Below, one piece after another: positions 1 to 11,344 of a stretch of DNA of 33,343 bases. This DNA is from Phoronis australis (Eukaryota; Animalia; Phoronida). Under the pieces are notes generated by a model. It saw only the letters and a list, made by a program, of their open reading frames with translations. It was not told the DNA's origin and did no database searches. Made by a program: the position numbers and the translations under genes. The DNA lies in assembly GCA_002633005.1 (NCBI GenBank), contig NMRA01001181.1, positions 9,144 to 42,486 of the forward strand. Reading direction: 5' to 3'. Numbering within the stretch: position 1 is the stretch's first letter; every line of letters begins with the position of its first letter.

Positions 1-425
1 ACTGTAAAGAGCTGTAGATAACCATCACAACAACATTTGGACCAGTTTACTGTGAAGAGCTGTAGATAACCATCACAACAACATTTGGACCAGTTTACTG
101 TAAAGAGCTGTAGATAACCATCACAGCAACATTTGGACCTGTTTACTGTAAAGAGCTGTAGATAACCATCACAACAATTTGGACCTGCTTACTGTAAAGA
201 GCTGTAGATAACCATCACAACATTTGGACCAGTTTACTGTGAAGAGCTGTAGATAACCATCACCACAATAGTTGGACCTGTTTACTGTAAAGAGCTGTAG
301 ATAACCATCACCACAATAGTTGGACCTGTTTACTGTAAAGAGCTGTAGATAACCATCACCACGACATTTGGACCTGTTTACTGTAAAGAGCTGTAGATAA
401 CCATCACCACAATAGTTGGACCTGT
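1..425. repeat. 48-bp minisatellite, ~9 copies, open at the window edge
   Basis: Unit actgtaaagagctgtagataaccatcacaacaacatttggaccagttt starting at 1, 49, 97 and so on. Confidence 0.97.
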
Positions 426-544
426 ATGTAAGTCAACATCAGTCATGCATTGGTCAGTAGGATTACATTAATTTTGCCAATTTTTATATTGCAGTGCTCT
501 GAATGGTTTGGCACATACAGAAATAGACAAAAACACAAACTCAG

Positions 545-1410
545 GAATAATTAAAATGGCCATTGGGTGGCACAGAAATCCATCTCAAAATGAAACCGTG
601 CTGTCATCGCCACCATTGGAACTTATTTGTCAAATTTCACGAAAAAAACAACAACAAGCAACTCCCAGGATAAAGAGGCAAATGTAAAAACTAGAATTTT
701 CACTAAGACATAGCAGCAAAACGTCCCAAATGCCACCGCAGTCATTGTTGTATTTATGTGATAACAATTACAAAAGTTCACGGAAACAGCAAAGAAAACA
801 GGGGCTACAACCATGTTTGCAAAAAATCCAAAATCACCCACAGTTGTCAAACCCACCTGAAAATGCAAAACCACCCACAGTTGTTAAACCCACCTGAAAA
901 TACAAAATCACCCATTTAGCAGTTTGGCAGACAAAAGAAGTGGACATCAGCAACAAAAAACAACAGGTGGCATACAATACGGCCACTAGGTGGCCTCTAA
1001 TATGGCAAATCCTTTAAAAACAAAGAGGCATCCTTGTTTCCACAATGAAATTAAGATATTTCCCAAATTTCATGAAAATCTATTGAAAAACTCATGAAAT
1101 ACAGCTTGAGGTAAGCTTAAAAAACAAAACTACTAAATAGTGGGCATACTGCAGCAGTAGGATCAATAGTGGGCATACTGCAGTAGTAGGATCAATAGTG
1201 GGCATACTGCAGTAGTAGGATCAATAGTGGGCATACTGCAGTAGTAGGATCAGTCCTAAATTCATCATCCGTTGTCAGATTCCTAGAAGCACATTTGCCA
1301 AATTTCAATAAGATCCTCCAGAGTACAAGAGATACAGTAATGGATGGTGGCCACCCAGGCGAAGATGACCAATATCCAATCACTTAAAATATGTGGGTGC
1401 ATTATAAAAA
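545..1410 (+). mobile_element. Older, degraded copy or copies of the HINE-like repeat
   Basis: ggccactaggtggc and ccaaattttcatgaaaatc blocks, and a degraded 3' end (aatatgtgggtgcattataaaaa). Confidence 0.45.
1136..1251. repeat. 29-bp tandem repeat x4
   Basis: aatagtgggcatactgcagtagtaggatc at 1136, 1165, 1194, 1223. Confidence 0.95.
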
Positions 1411-1654
1411 GAATGAAGGAACAATATGATGAAACAGCATCTCATTTAAGCAGCAGCAAGCCTACGCTTAATCTTACCAAAACACTCATTTATGCCACCA
1501 ACTGGTAAAAGCCTCATTCCTTGACAAGTTTAGAAGAGATTGCAGGGCTCACAGCATGATCTCAAATGTTTCAGATATTGGTCTGAAGAAATACCAAATT
1601 GCTAGTTGATTTTAGTCATGTAAATCACACCTATGTTGATTAAGATACAACCTC

Positions 1655-1771
1655 AAGGCTCGTCAATTCGAGACCAGTTTCACAGCCTTAAGGAGAAGCT
1701 CATCAATTCGAGACCAGTTTCACAGTCTTAAGGTGAGGCTCGTCAATTCGAGACCAGTTTCACAGCCTTAA
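1655..1771. repeat. 40-bp tandem repeat x3, with a further copy near 2296-2335
   Basis: aaggtgaggctcgtcaattcgagaccagtttcacagcctt. Confidence 0.9.
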
Positions 1772-2375
1772 CTCATTCCTCCCTGATCCCGCCTTATGGC
1801 GTGACTGTTTATTTTCACTCAGGGCCTGATGCCGTCTGGAGGCGTTATCTAAGAATGTATTTCACAGGCTGATCACGCCTTCAGGAGGGATAGAAGGCAG
1901 CAATTTATTGGTTTAAGTTTAAATATATCTAGGGTATTCCCAGTTTTCTATCCAATGAGGATTGAGACACCATACTCTGTGTTAACTTCTTGTTTGTGAA
2001 GTTAATGTCTATTGGCTGTTATTTCTGGAATTTAGAACCATTTCTTCACAAGCAAATTATCAATTCAAGGAAAATCCAGGAAGCGTGTTAACTTTGTAGT
2101 GGTTGTTGTGGTAACTTTTGAAAGGTTATAAAGATATTCCTCCCTGAAATACATGTATAGTGTGTTTGTTTGATTTGAAGACTAGAATGAAGCTAATTGC
2201 CCTGAATTGTAGCCTAATTGGTGTTACATAACACTGCTGTCACCACTTAATCATCTGCTAGGGTGCTCCTGTTTATTTTATTTGAACTGNCAATATGAGA
2301 CCAGTTTCACAGCCTTATGGTGAGGCTTGTCAAATTTGAAAGTTAAACATCACAGAGTAAGGTGAAGGGACTCAC

Positions 2376-2478
2376 CTTAAATATTCCGCCTTTATTCCAC
2401 GCTATTTCTTCAATAGTGTCTCCAAGTAGACGGGTGTGATCGATTCCCAAAGATGACACACCACATACAACAGGTGAT
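2376..2478 (-). CDS. FPGS: FPGS coding exon 6 (SPVVCGVSSLGIDHTRLLGDTIEEIAWNKGGIFK)
   Basis: tttccag| acceptor and AAG|gtgagt donor; 103 bp, phase 2/0. LGIDHTxxLGDT and IAWxKGGIFK motifs. Downstream exons are not in the window. Confidence 0.97.
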
Positions 2479-2699
2479 CTGGAAATAACCATTTGGGTAA
2501 AACTGACTCCCTCTATTGGTTTTCAGGCATGCATATAGAAATTCTTTTAATACAGGAGCACCAATCCCAGGTTTGTACAATCTAAACACATTGGAGTCAT
2601 TTTTACTTTTCTTCTCCGTTTGACAGGGAGGTGCAAAGTGAAAATTATTGAGTGTCTACTCTTAGACTTGGGACATTCCTTGGCAAGACAAGAACATTA

Positions 2700-3344
2700 C
2701 AGACTGAGGTAAACTTAAACAACTAAACTTGCCACTAGGTGGCACACCAGATGTCAGATCTGTCCAAAAGTCATCACACTGCATTGTTAACATCACTTAC
2801 TAACTTTAGTAAAGATCCTGCAAACGGTTTAGGAGACGCAAAAAACATAATTGCCACTAGGAGGCGCCACAGTAAATGAAGTCATCGGAAAACCATCGTC
2901 AGCCATCCACTTCATAGCAAGAACATACATGACAATTTTCGCAATCATCCTTTGAGCGGTTTGGTTGATGGAGGGATGGAGGCCAAAAAACAGACTCAAA
3001 AACAGTAAAAATGGCCACTAGGTGGTGCAAAATACCTCGAATCTATCCAAAAATGAAAGGATAGCATCACCTCATTAATAGATGCATATGTGCCAAATTT
3101 CATGAAAATCGGTTGAGGACCTTTGAAGATACAGAGGCAAACGTAAAAAACTAAAATTGCCACCAGGGGGCACAGCGGTGCTCAGGTTGGTCCAAAACTC
3201 GTCGCCCTCTGTCGTCAACCCTATAGGAACACACCTGCTAAATTTCAAAAAGATCCTGCAAGGGATTTAAGAGATACAGCCGCCAACGCCAGACAGAGAT
3301 GACGGCAATATGTACCCACATATAAATATGTGGGCACATAAAAA
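2700..3344 (+). mobile_element. Copy of the same HINE-like repeat
   Basis: Shares aaagatcctgcaaacggtttaggaga and ccaaatttcatgaaaatc blocks, and the same 3' hairpin (atgtacccacatataaatatgtgggcacataaaaa). Confidence 0.6.
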
Positions 3345-4841
3345 TGTTTTGGCTGTTTGAAACAGACCTGCCATTGGAACATCAAGGTGCAAACGATTAT
3401 ACCGGTTTCCAACATTAATGACTTATTTGGTAATTAGTTAATTAGTTAATTAAAGGCCAGTACATACAATTTGGCATTTAACTAAAAAAAATTATTCTAT
3501 CAACTTTGATGATTATACATACAATTTGGCATTTAACTAATAAAAATTATTCTATCAACTTTGATGATTATACATACCAAAGTATAAATACTATGCTCAC
3601 GGTCGTTACTTTACTTACAAGTTATCACAAGTCGCTTTCCCATTAAAGGAACTTCGGTTTACCGAACCTTTGCCAAAATTTTGCTTAATACTTTAATTTA
3701 CAACAGACAGTGATAGCGAAGTAACCCCTATGACACCTGAAAATGCAATTCATTCCTACTCTCAAATGGATATCGAGTTGTGGGTTCGAGGCTAACAGAA
3801 AACTGTTCTGCAAGTTAGTGCTTAATGAAAATGATCAGTGTCACTCTTCTTTTATTCATTTACGTCTGTCTGTTAGGTTATCTCAGCTAAGCTACAATAT
3901 TCATTTACGTCTGTCTGTTAGGTTATCTCAGCTAAGCTACAATAACAAAGAACACATTTTGCGAATCCCGCGTCCTATATTGTTGCCGTGACCTCTAAGG
4001 ATAACTTCAACGAAGCTTCACTTTGGCTTTTCCAACTACAGCCAAGTTTCGGTGAGTACAAATCCTATTTTAAGCAAACTAATTAACTGATTAACTACAG
4101 AAGTTAACCTTTCCCAGGTAACGAAACTTCCTTAAAAGCGAATTTTCACCCCGAATGGAAAGGTGATTATAGAAACTGAAAATCCTTTCAAACAAAAACA
4201 TCACGTGTCAAATGTCAACTATCTACGGTGAAGTAATGATCACTGACACATAATGGAAAGGAACAAAGGAATGGGCATACTTAGTAACTTAGTTTGTGTT
4301 ATAACTTTGTAGGCTTAGTAACCATTTTAACTGTTTATACATGCTGAAATGCTATAATGGCATCATTCTCCACCAAAAATCAGTGAAACACAGGAAGCCT
4401 AATTCAGAGTGACTGCAGTCTTTTATTTTTCCTTCGTGTTACACTATTGGTTGTTGCTTACACAAGGTACACACAACTTACTCACGGCCAAATTATACTC
4501 AGACAAGAATGGAGTTTGTTCTAAAAAAGCAAAAGGTGAATTTTACTTGCTTATAATTGTTTACACAAACTACGTTGAAAACACAGCTCAATGATACATA
4601 GTACACAGTCACATCTCTGCCTTATGACATGTTGTACAGCTACACTACATGATACATAGTACACAGTCACATCCCTGCCTTATGACATGTTGTACAGCTA
4701 CACTACCTGTTTAATATGTACCCACATAGTGTATGTTCAGCCACCCTCTTTGTACATGTACCCACATGATATACAAACATTCACACTGTACATGTACCCA
4801 CATGATATATATACAGCTACACTGCACACGCACGTACCCAC

Positions 4842-4981
4842 CTGATGATATTTGTGCAGTCATACTGCCCACCTATTCCTACTTCAAAGATAGCAACGTC
4901 CACCTGTTCATGAAGGAAGACATGGAAGGCCATAATGGTGAGGAACCTAAAGTACGGTGGCATGCGACCATCATGATCATT
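4842..4981 (-). CDS. FPGS: FPGS coding exon 5 (NDHDGRMPPYFRFLTIMAFHVFLHEQVDVAIFEVGIGGQYDCTNIIR)
   Basis: tttcag| acceptor and AG|gtgggt donor; 140 bp, phase 0/2. MPPYFRFLT and EVGIGGxYDCTN are FPGS signatures. Confidence 0.97.
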
Positions 4982-5446
4982 CTGAAACAAGTCATGTTTA
5001 CACTGAAATATAGTGGCATGTGGCCATCATAATCATTGTGTATTAAGTGATATTTACACTAAAATATAGTGGCATGTGGCCATCATAATCATTGTGTATT
5101 AAGTGATATTTACACTAAAATATAGTGGCATGTGGCCATCAATATCATTGTGTATTAAGTGATATTTACACTAAAATATAGTGGCATGTGGCCATCATAA
5201 TCATTGTGTATTAAGTGATATTTACTCTAAAACATAGTGGCATGTGGCCATCATAATCATTGTGTATTAAGTGATATTTACACTAAAATATAGTGGCAAG
5301 TGGCCATCATAATCATTGTGTATTAAGTGATATTTACACTGAAATACAGTGACATGTGGCCATCATAATCATTGTGTATTAAGTGATATTTACACTGAAA
5401 TACAGTGACATGTGGCCATCATAATCATTCTGTATCAAGTCATGTT
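4957..5446. repeat. 56-bp minisatellite x9 spanning the FPGS exon 5 acceptor
   Basis: Units start at 4957, 5013, 5069, 5125, 5181, 5237, 5293, 5349, 5405; the first unit is the exon/intron junction. Confidence 0.95.
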
Positions 5447-5469
5447 CCCAATGCACCCACGAATATACT

Positions 5470-5920
5470 GCAAAATGTACTTCTAGTGGATGGCCACTAG
5501 ATGGCACAAAATACATCGCATCAATCCCAACCCTGGAATATGTCAACAACGCTATATACCAAATTTGATAAAATCTGTCAAGGAACTTCTCAGAAACCAA
5601 GGAAAACAAAAAAAAATGAAATGGCCACTAGGTGACTATGGGAGAAATAACATAACTGCCACTAGGAGGCGCCAAAGTAGTTGAAGTTGTTGGAAAATCA
5701 TCATCAGCTGTCCTCAACACAAAGAAAATATTTGCCAATTTTCACAAATACTTGGACTGGGAGTGGTTTAGTTGACAGAGGGGTGCTTGCCCGAAACAGA
5801 CTAAAAATAGAAAAAATGGCCACTAGATGGCACAAAATATGACAAAGCCATTGGTAAAGAGGGACTTGTCATTGTCTCAATGGAAAGCTATTAACCAAAT
5901 TTCATAAAAATCCAATAAAC
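5470..5920 (+). mobile_element. Fragment of the HINE-like repeat
   Basis: tggccactagatggcacaaaat, tgccactaggaggcgcc and ccaaatttcataaaaatcc blocks. Confidence 0.55.
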
Positions 5921-7479
5921 ACAGGGCTCAACGCTATTAAAATCGCTAGGTCGCGTTTTGCGACCTAGCCAAAATCCAGCTCGCATTTGTAAATGCCAGG
6001 TCGCAAAATTTTCCCGCCACTTTTACGCGCTAAAATAGATTTTTTAGATCATCGAGAAAATGTTTAGATTATGCTCTTACCTGCAGCGTTAAATACTTAC
6101 AAATTTCGGATCTCAAAATTCACTTCATTCATACAGGTACGGCCTTACTGTTCTTCACGACCGCATTTGAAATTAGACTCTAGAGCGCAAGGCAAGTTGC
6201 CGACGTGAAAGTTGAATCAGTGCTCTCTAACTGACTAGTGCATTCGAGTAGCTAAATTTGCGATGTGAAAAGAGAGAAAATGCCCGCTGAAAAAGTATCC
6301 GGGATTTTGTTAGAACTGGCCTGCTACTAGCTGTCATCAAAGTCGTTAACGATTCAAACTAACTCGGGTAATGGCGAGTGTTCTCCTCAATACCTTCCAA
6401 GTACGGGAAAAAAACAAAACAAAACCACTAGTGTTAACTTTCTTTCCCAGGTACAGTGTATAAAACAAAGCCGAGATTTGGTTTTTACATACTGTGAAAA
6501 GACGTTTTTGAAAACTGAAGTTGTGTAATATGAAAGTGACACACCATATAAGCTGTGTGTCAATTTTTAACCACACATGGTTGTTTGTAGTGTGCTATGA
6601 TGGGCGCTAGCTTGAACTTTGGGCGCTTAATTGGAAATTCTCAAAATTTAAGGGGGGACTTTTAATAGATCAGTGAGCGCTTATTGTTAAACACTTTAAA
6701 GTTAGGGAGTAGGCTTGTGCGTGAGCATAGTCATTAACCTCAGTGTTTGCAGTAATAAGATATTAAAACGCTGCAATGGTAAGAAACGTTATAATAATAC
6801 GATTTTGCGAGGCAAACTCCATCTAGTAGGGGTGACTTTCTGGATATCGTTACTACCTACATTGTACCCTTTTTAGCCACCCGGAATGATAACTGCCCAC
6901 TTCAGCCGGAACAAGGTTGTTTCTATAGGAGCCTGAAGATTTTACGGCGACGGTGGTTCGGGGAACGAAAANNNNNNNNNNNNNNGGGGGGTTATAATGA
7001 GAAGAATGAAAAGTTCGCTAACTTGAACCACAATTTCGCATCTAGTGCCAGTTTAGTTCCAATAGCTGGCTACGGGCATAGAATACAGGGTTTACAGAAC
7101 ATCAACCTCGGGAAACATTGGAACAGGAAAATGCCAGTTCTGGGTTATATCGGTCCCGGGACATCGGGTCTTATATAACCTCTGGGAATCTGAGTTCATT
7201 TTCAAATAAACCAGAGCCAAGCCGGTATACACTTCATTTAGGACTGTCGCTGTTCTTTGAAGTGGTGCGCATGCGTGAGTGCACCCACTTGAATCGCTGG
7301 AGTAGGCCTACACTTTACGTTGGCAACAACATGTGAAAGACAAATCATATTTCACGCACATAACCCCAGAAACAAGTAAAGGGTTTGAGAATTTTTTGGC
7401 AACTGAAAGTAAAGACGTGACCGTCGTTTGGTGATTAATAAGTTTGTCATTTTCACTTTGGCTGTCGTCGTTCTTTGTC

Positions 7480-7670
7480 AACTTCATACAAATGCACTTG
7501 CTAAACTTAATAAAGATCCTGGAGAGAGTTTAGGTGATACAGGTGTAAAAAATTGCCACAAGGAGGCGCCACAATATTCAAGGTAATCCGAAGATTATTG
7601 TCAGCCGTTCTGGCCAGTAGGTGGTGCAATATACCAAGAATCCATCTAAAAATGGAAGGGTAGCATCAAC
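7480..7670 (+). mobile_element. Fragment of the HINE-like repeat
   Basis: aaagatcctggagagagtttaggtgatacag and tgccacaaggaggcgcc blocks. Confidence 0.5.
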
Positions 7671-7957
7671 TAGTGAGGAGTCTTCTGCTTACAAGATTTA
7701 AAACGATAGTTTAGCCAATGAGTTAATCCATTTACATGTCATGCACTGACACCTAAACTGAATTACTCAAGAATGATGAAAATGCAGCCTTTCACTCTGA
7801 ACACAGTGCAGTAGATAAATATCCATTTCTTTTCAAGGGAGTGGTCAATTGTGACTTGCACAAAAAATCATTTAATAATCCCACTTTGAATCCAAAAGTT
7901 ATGTGTAAATCAAAAGTTGGTCAGTGAATACTGTGAAATCCAAATATTAGTTGGTTA

Positions 7958-8065
7958 ATATTTGGTGAATATTTGGTGAGTATTTGGTGAGTATTTGGTG
8001 AATATTTGGTGAATATTTGGTGAATATTTGGTGAATATTTGGTGAATATTTGGTGAATATTTGGT
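7958..8065. repeat. 11-bp tandem repeat (aatatttggtg)n
   Basis: About 10 direct copies. Confidence 0.95.
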
Positions 8066-8135
8066 ATCCCAAAGGTCGAGTCAGTGAATACTGTGCAGTC
8101 TAAATGTTATCCAAAGAATATTGTGTCAATCATAC

Positions 8136-8250
8136 CTTGGTGCTCATTAATCGGTCGTAACATGTCCAGAAATGCATGGCAAACTTCTCCTTCGATAGAA
8201 TGTCACCACTGATGCGGAAACGTTCCCTCACTTCAATTAAATGAGGAGAG
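8136..8250 (-). CDS. FPGS: FPGS coding exon 4 (SPHLIEVRERFRISGDILSKEKFAMHFWTCYDRLMSTK)
   Basis: ttgtag| acceptor and AAG|gtatg donor; 115 bp, phase 2/0. Completes the conserved SSPHLxxVRERxRI motif. Confidence 0.97.
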
Positions 8251-8295
8251 CTACAATAATACAATTAAATGAGGAGAGCTACAATAATACAATTA
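8234..8295. repeat. 28-bp tandem duplication of the FPGS exon 4 acceptor
   Basis: caattaaatgaggagagctacaataata x2. Confidence 0.95.
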
Positions 8296-8900
8296 CTAAT
8301 TATAACTAAGAATAATAAACATAGTTAGAACAGCAACATAGACTGAAAACAAACAAAATGACTAGAAATCTCCGTCATTATGGCGTATTGCAATCAGTGC
8401 TGGTAGAGAGAGCCATCAAGATGGGAATTGGAATTTTGTCTAATTTACTTTTGGCAGGTACTGTAGCTGTGCACAAGAAGGGGAGACAAGTCTAATTACA
8501 GACCTGTGTACCACCAAAGTTGCATTGGAGTACTCCGAAACCAGATTTGCAGATTTTTCAGTAAATTTGCAGATTTTCGCGTACAGACCAAATTTACCCA
8601 AGGGGGTTTGAATTTTTCGCAGTGGACCTTTCATTAACTAAACAAAAAATACAAACAACGGTTTTGCTCAGCATTCAGACCTTTCGCCGAATTCTAGCCT
8701 TTTTAGTGGACTTTTGCCTCGTTTTCTCGGACTTTTGGTTTCTCTCAGGACCTTTTTGCCCACTTTGCCAAATGGGGAAGTCATTCAAGCCCCCCCCCCT
8801 GGGTACGTGCATGGGTACTTTTCCTACTTACTTGCCTCTGAAACAGTTTCTAAAATACACGTAGTGAATTGATCACCAATTTTCAGATTAATTTAAGTTG

Positions 8901-9158
8901 TGTTGTAGATGTGCTTCCGGTGAATCATATGAGCCTCTGTTAGCTACTTGCTAACGGGCAATTGCCTATTAGCTGAATGGTTAGCATGCTTGCCGGTTTT
9001 ATGGGGGTTGCTGGTTCGATTCCCAGGTCAGGTAATCTCAGCTATTACTACAAATGGATGATCTACCGATGAAGCACTGCCAACTAGTACTCACAAACCT
9101 CGGGACAGCGAGCATGGAAGGTTCCACGAGTCAAGGACCTGTATGAGAGACTACCTTG
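8901..9158 (+). mobile_element. Truncated second copy of the same TRIM (one LTR plus part of the interior, PBS deleted)
   Basis: 8901-9052 aligns with the reverse complement of the 152-bp LTR. It continues aatggatgatctaccgatgaagcactgcc as in the interior but lacks the cgtagtcggca PBS core. Confidence 0.88.
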
Positions 9159-9253
9159 CAGTGTTCTCCATGACCTGTTTTAACTCGATGCTATAACGAG
9201 TTTGGATTTTGCAGTTGAGCTTGGAAAATGCGCCTCGAGTTTAGAGAGTGCTG
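9159..9253. mobile_element. Related hAT-like MITE truncating the TRIM fragment
   Basis: cagtgttctccatgacctgttttaactcg...gagtttggattttgc matches 28835 onward; ends gagagtgctg. Confidence 0.45.
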
Positions 9254-9967
9254 CCTCAGTTTTGAACTTTTAGCCTGGCTTGGCATTTCAGAGAAGTCAC
9301 TAAAGCAGAGCTTGATTAACCAACATCAGGCCCATAACAGAATGCAGAGACAGTCAACACTATATGTATAACTTTGTATGAGACTACAAGAGTTTCAATT
9401 ATGATTAATAAAATCTGCAAAAATCTTTAAATAACAAAAATTTTATGGATTCATCAAGCTTGCTTAATCAAATTACTAATGTATTGTGTCATTCTAACTT
9501 TAAAATTCTGCAAGTCAATCTGTAAAGAAACAATTTAATTTGCTTAATAAAGACAATTTTGATTTTGACTGACATCTAGTGGCAAGTTAGAACTTTATGA
9601 CCTTATTCAACTTGACAACAGGCGTCACTAAAAACTAGGTCACATCAGAACTCATGTTAGTAGTACTTAATATGCTCAATTAATATTAAAATCGGCATTG
9701 GTATTATTAAAGGAACTTTTAATCTTTTCTTTGCTGCTCTGGGTCTGTCAAATGCTTTGGAGGAATTATGAGATACATCAGTAGGAAAGCTAAACTTTGA
9801 AGTGTCTAAAAAGCAGGTCACACCAGTGCAGTGTGCAGTTTTAAACCATATATAAATATCTCCAGTACACACATGGTTGTGATTAGAGATAAGATAATGT
9901 CAGTAATTGACACTGAACATTTGCCTGGATTTTGGCGTTTATGATGTGGAGTCTCTCAAAAATATTG

Positions 9968-10045
9968 AAAAACCCCCTCCACAAAGCCTAAAAACCCCGT
10001 CCACAAAGCCTAAAAACCCCCTCCACAAAGCCTAAAAACTCCCCT
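9968..10045. repeat. 22-bp tandem repeat x3+
   Basis: aaaaaccccctccacaaagcct. Confidence 0.9.
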
Positions 10046-11344
10046 AGTGATTGAAAACTTCTCCCCGAAGTTAAAATCACCCGTAACCACACAGGTTACA
10101 ATTTGAAAGAACACAAAATGTTACTTGAGACAGAGCCTGTGAGAGCATGCAACAGAACGGGGGTACTGATCGGGAGGTAGATTTTGCCCCGCACTCAGCG
10201 AAAAAAATACCCTCTCAGAAGGCACAGGCACCTTTCCCCTCATGAGCGATACTCCTGAAGAAACATGATAAGTTTTCTTACTCTGTCCAGTTAACTGAAA
10301 TTGAGCTCTAAAACGAGGTTATGCTTTAGACGAACAAATTAGGTGTTTTAATTTGAAAATTCACTGGTGCGGATAGTTGAAACCTAACATATGAAATAGA
10401 CGTCAGAATTATTAAAACCAGGATAGCAGAGTTGAAGGTCAAATAATTACTTGTAAATGTGAGCAAGGGAGTGAATTAGAATCTGCATATAATGCGAAAG
10501 CGATTGCTCAGTCTGTGCTCCTTTTTAATTTTTTTAAATTTAAAAATGACAAATTTTATTTACGGACCTGGATTTTAATTTTAATAAGAATATATTTAAT
10601 AATATCAATTATTCTTTCAGATGAATGACAGATAAAATATTAGTCCCGGTAGTCTCTACCTCACCAGGACCTAGGGGGAGGGGGAGTTGAGAGAGGACGG
10701 GCATGATCTGCATATTTTCGGGTACAGCCTGGAATTGCAAGGTAGTGATGCGTANTACTCTGTCCAGTTAACTGAAATTGAGCTCTAAAACGAGGTTATG
10801 CTTTAGACGAACGAATTAGGTGTTTTAATTTGAAAATTCACTGGTGCGGATAGTTGAAACCTAACATATGAAATAGACGTCAGAATTATTAAAACCAGGA
10901 TAGCAGAGTTGAAGGTCAAATAATTACTTGTAAATGTGAGCAAGGGAGTGAATTAGAACCTGCATATAATGCGAAAGCGAATGCTCGGGCTGTGCTCCTT
11001 TTTAATTTTTTTAAATTTAAAAATGACAAATTTTATTTACGGACCTGGATTTTAATTTTAATAAGAATATATTTAATAATATCAATTATTCTTTCAGATG
11101 AATGACAGATAAAATATTAGTCCCGGTAGTCTCTACCTCACCAGGACCTAGGGGGAGGGGGAGTTGAGAGAGGACGGGCATGATCTGCATATTTTCGGGT
11201 ACAGCCTGGAATTGCAAGGTAGTGATGCGTATAATCAATGATGGACACTACTTTCCAATGAATAGTTCCAGCAAGTCTTAGCTTACTTGACGAAGGCTGT
11301 CTAATAGCCCTTAGTATATAGTACATCATCAATTACTTCCAGAA

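Noticed and set aside
1-425. CRISPR-like appearance of this and other arrays (4957-5446, 11345-11635, 28249-28565)
   Set aside because: The units are contiguous with no unique spacers, there are no cas genes, and the context is a spliced eukaryotic gene.
3461-4708. Short two-copy duplications (about 3461-3576, 3854-3943, 4591-4707; also 830-915 and 27375-27469)
   Set aside because: Real but not tied to any feature. Recorded as evidence of a high background duplication rate, which tempers the splice-junction finding.
5923-7400. Probable TE fragments (cagggctc start with gtcgc/gcgac palindromes; gcgcttatt motifs)
   Set aside because: No matching second end or TSD found, and an N gap at 6972-6985 interrupts the region, so I cannot delimit an element.
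10279-11231. ~476-bp near-perfect tandem duplication
   Set aside because: The two copies meet exactly at a single N (10755) and differ at only about 5 sites. This is typical of unmerged overlapping contig ends or haplotypes, so likely an assembly artefact.
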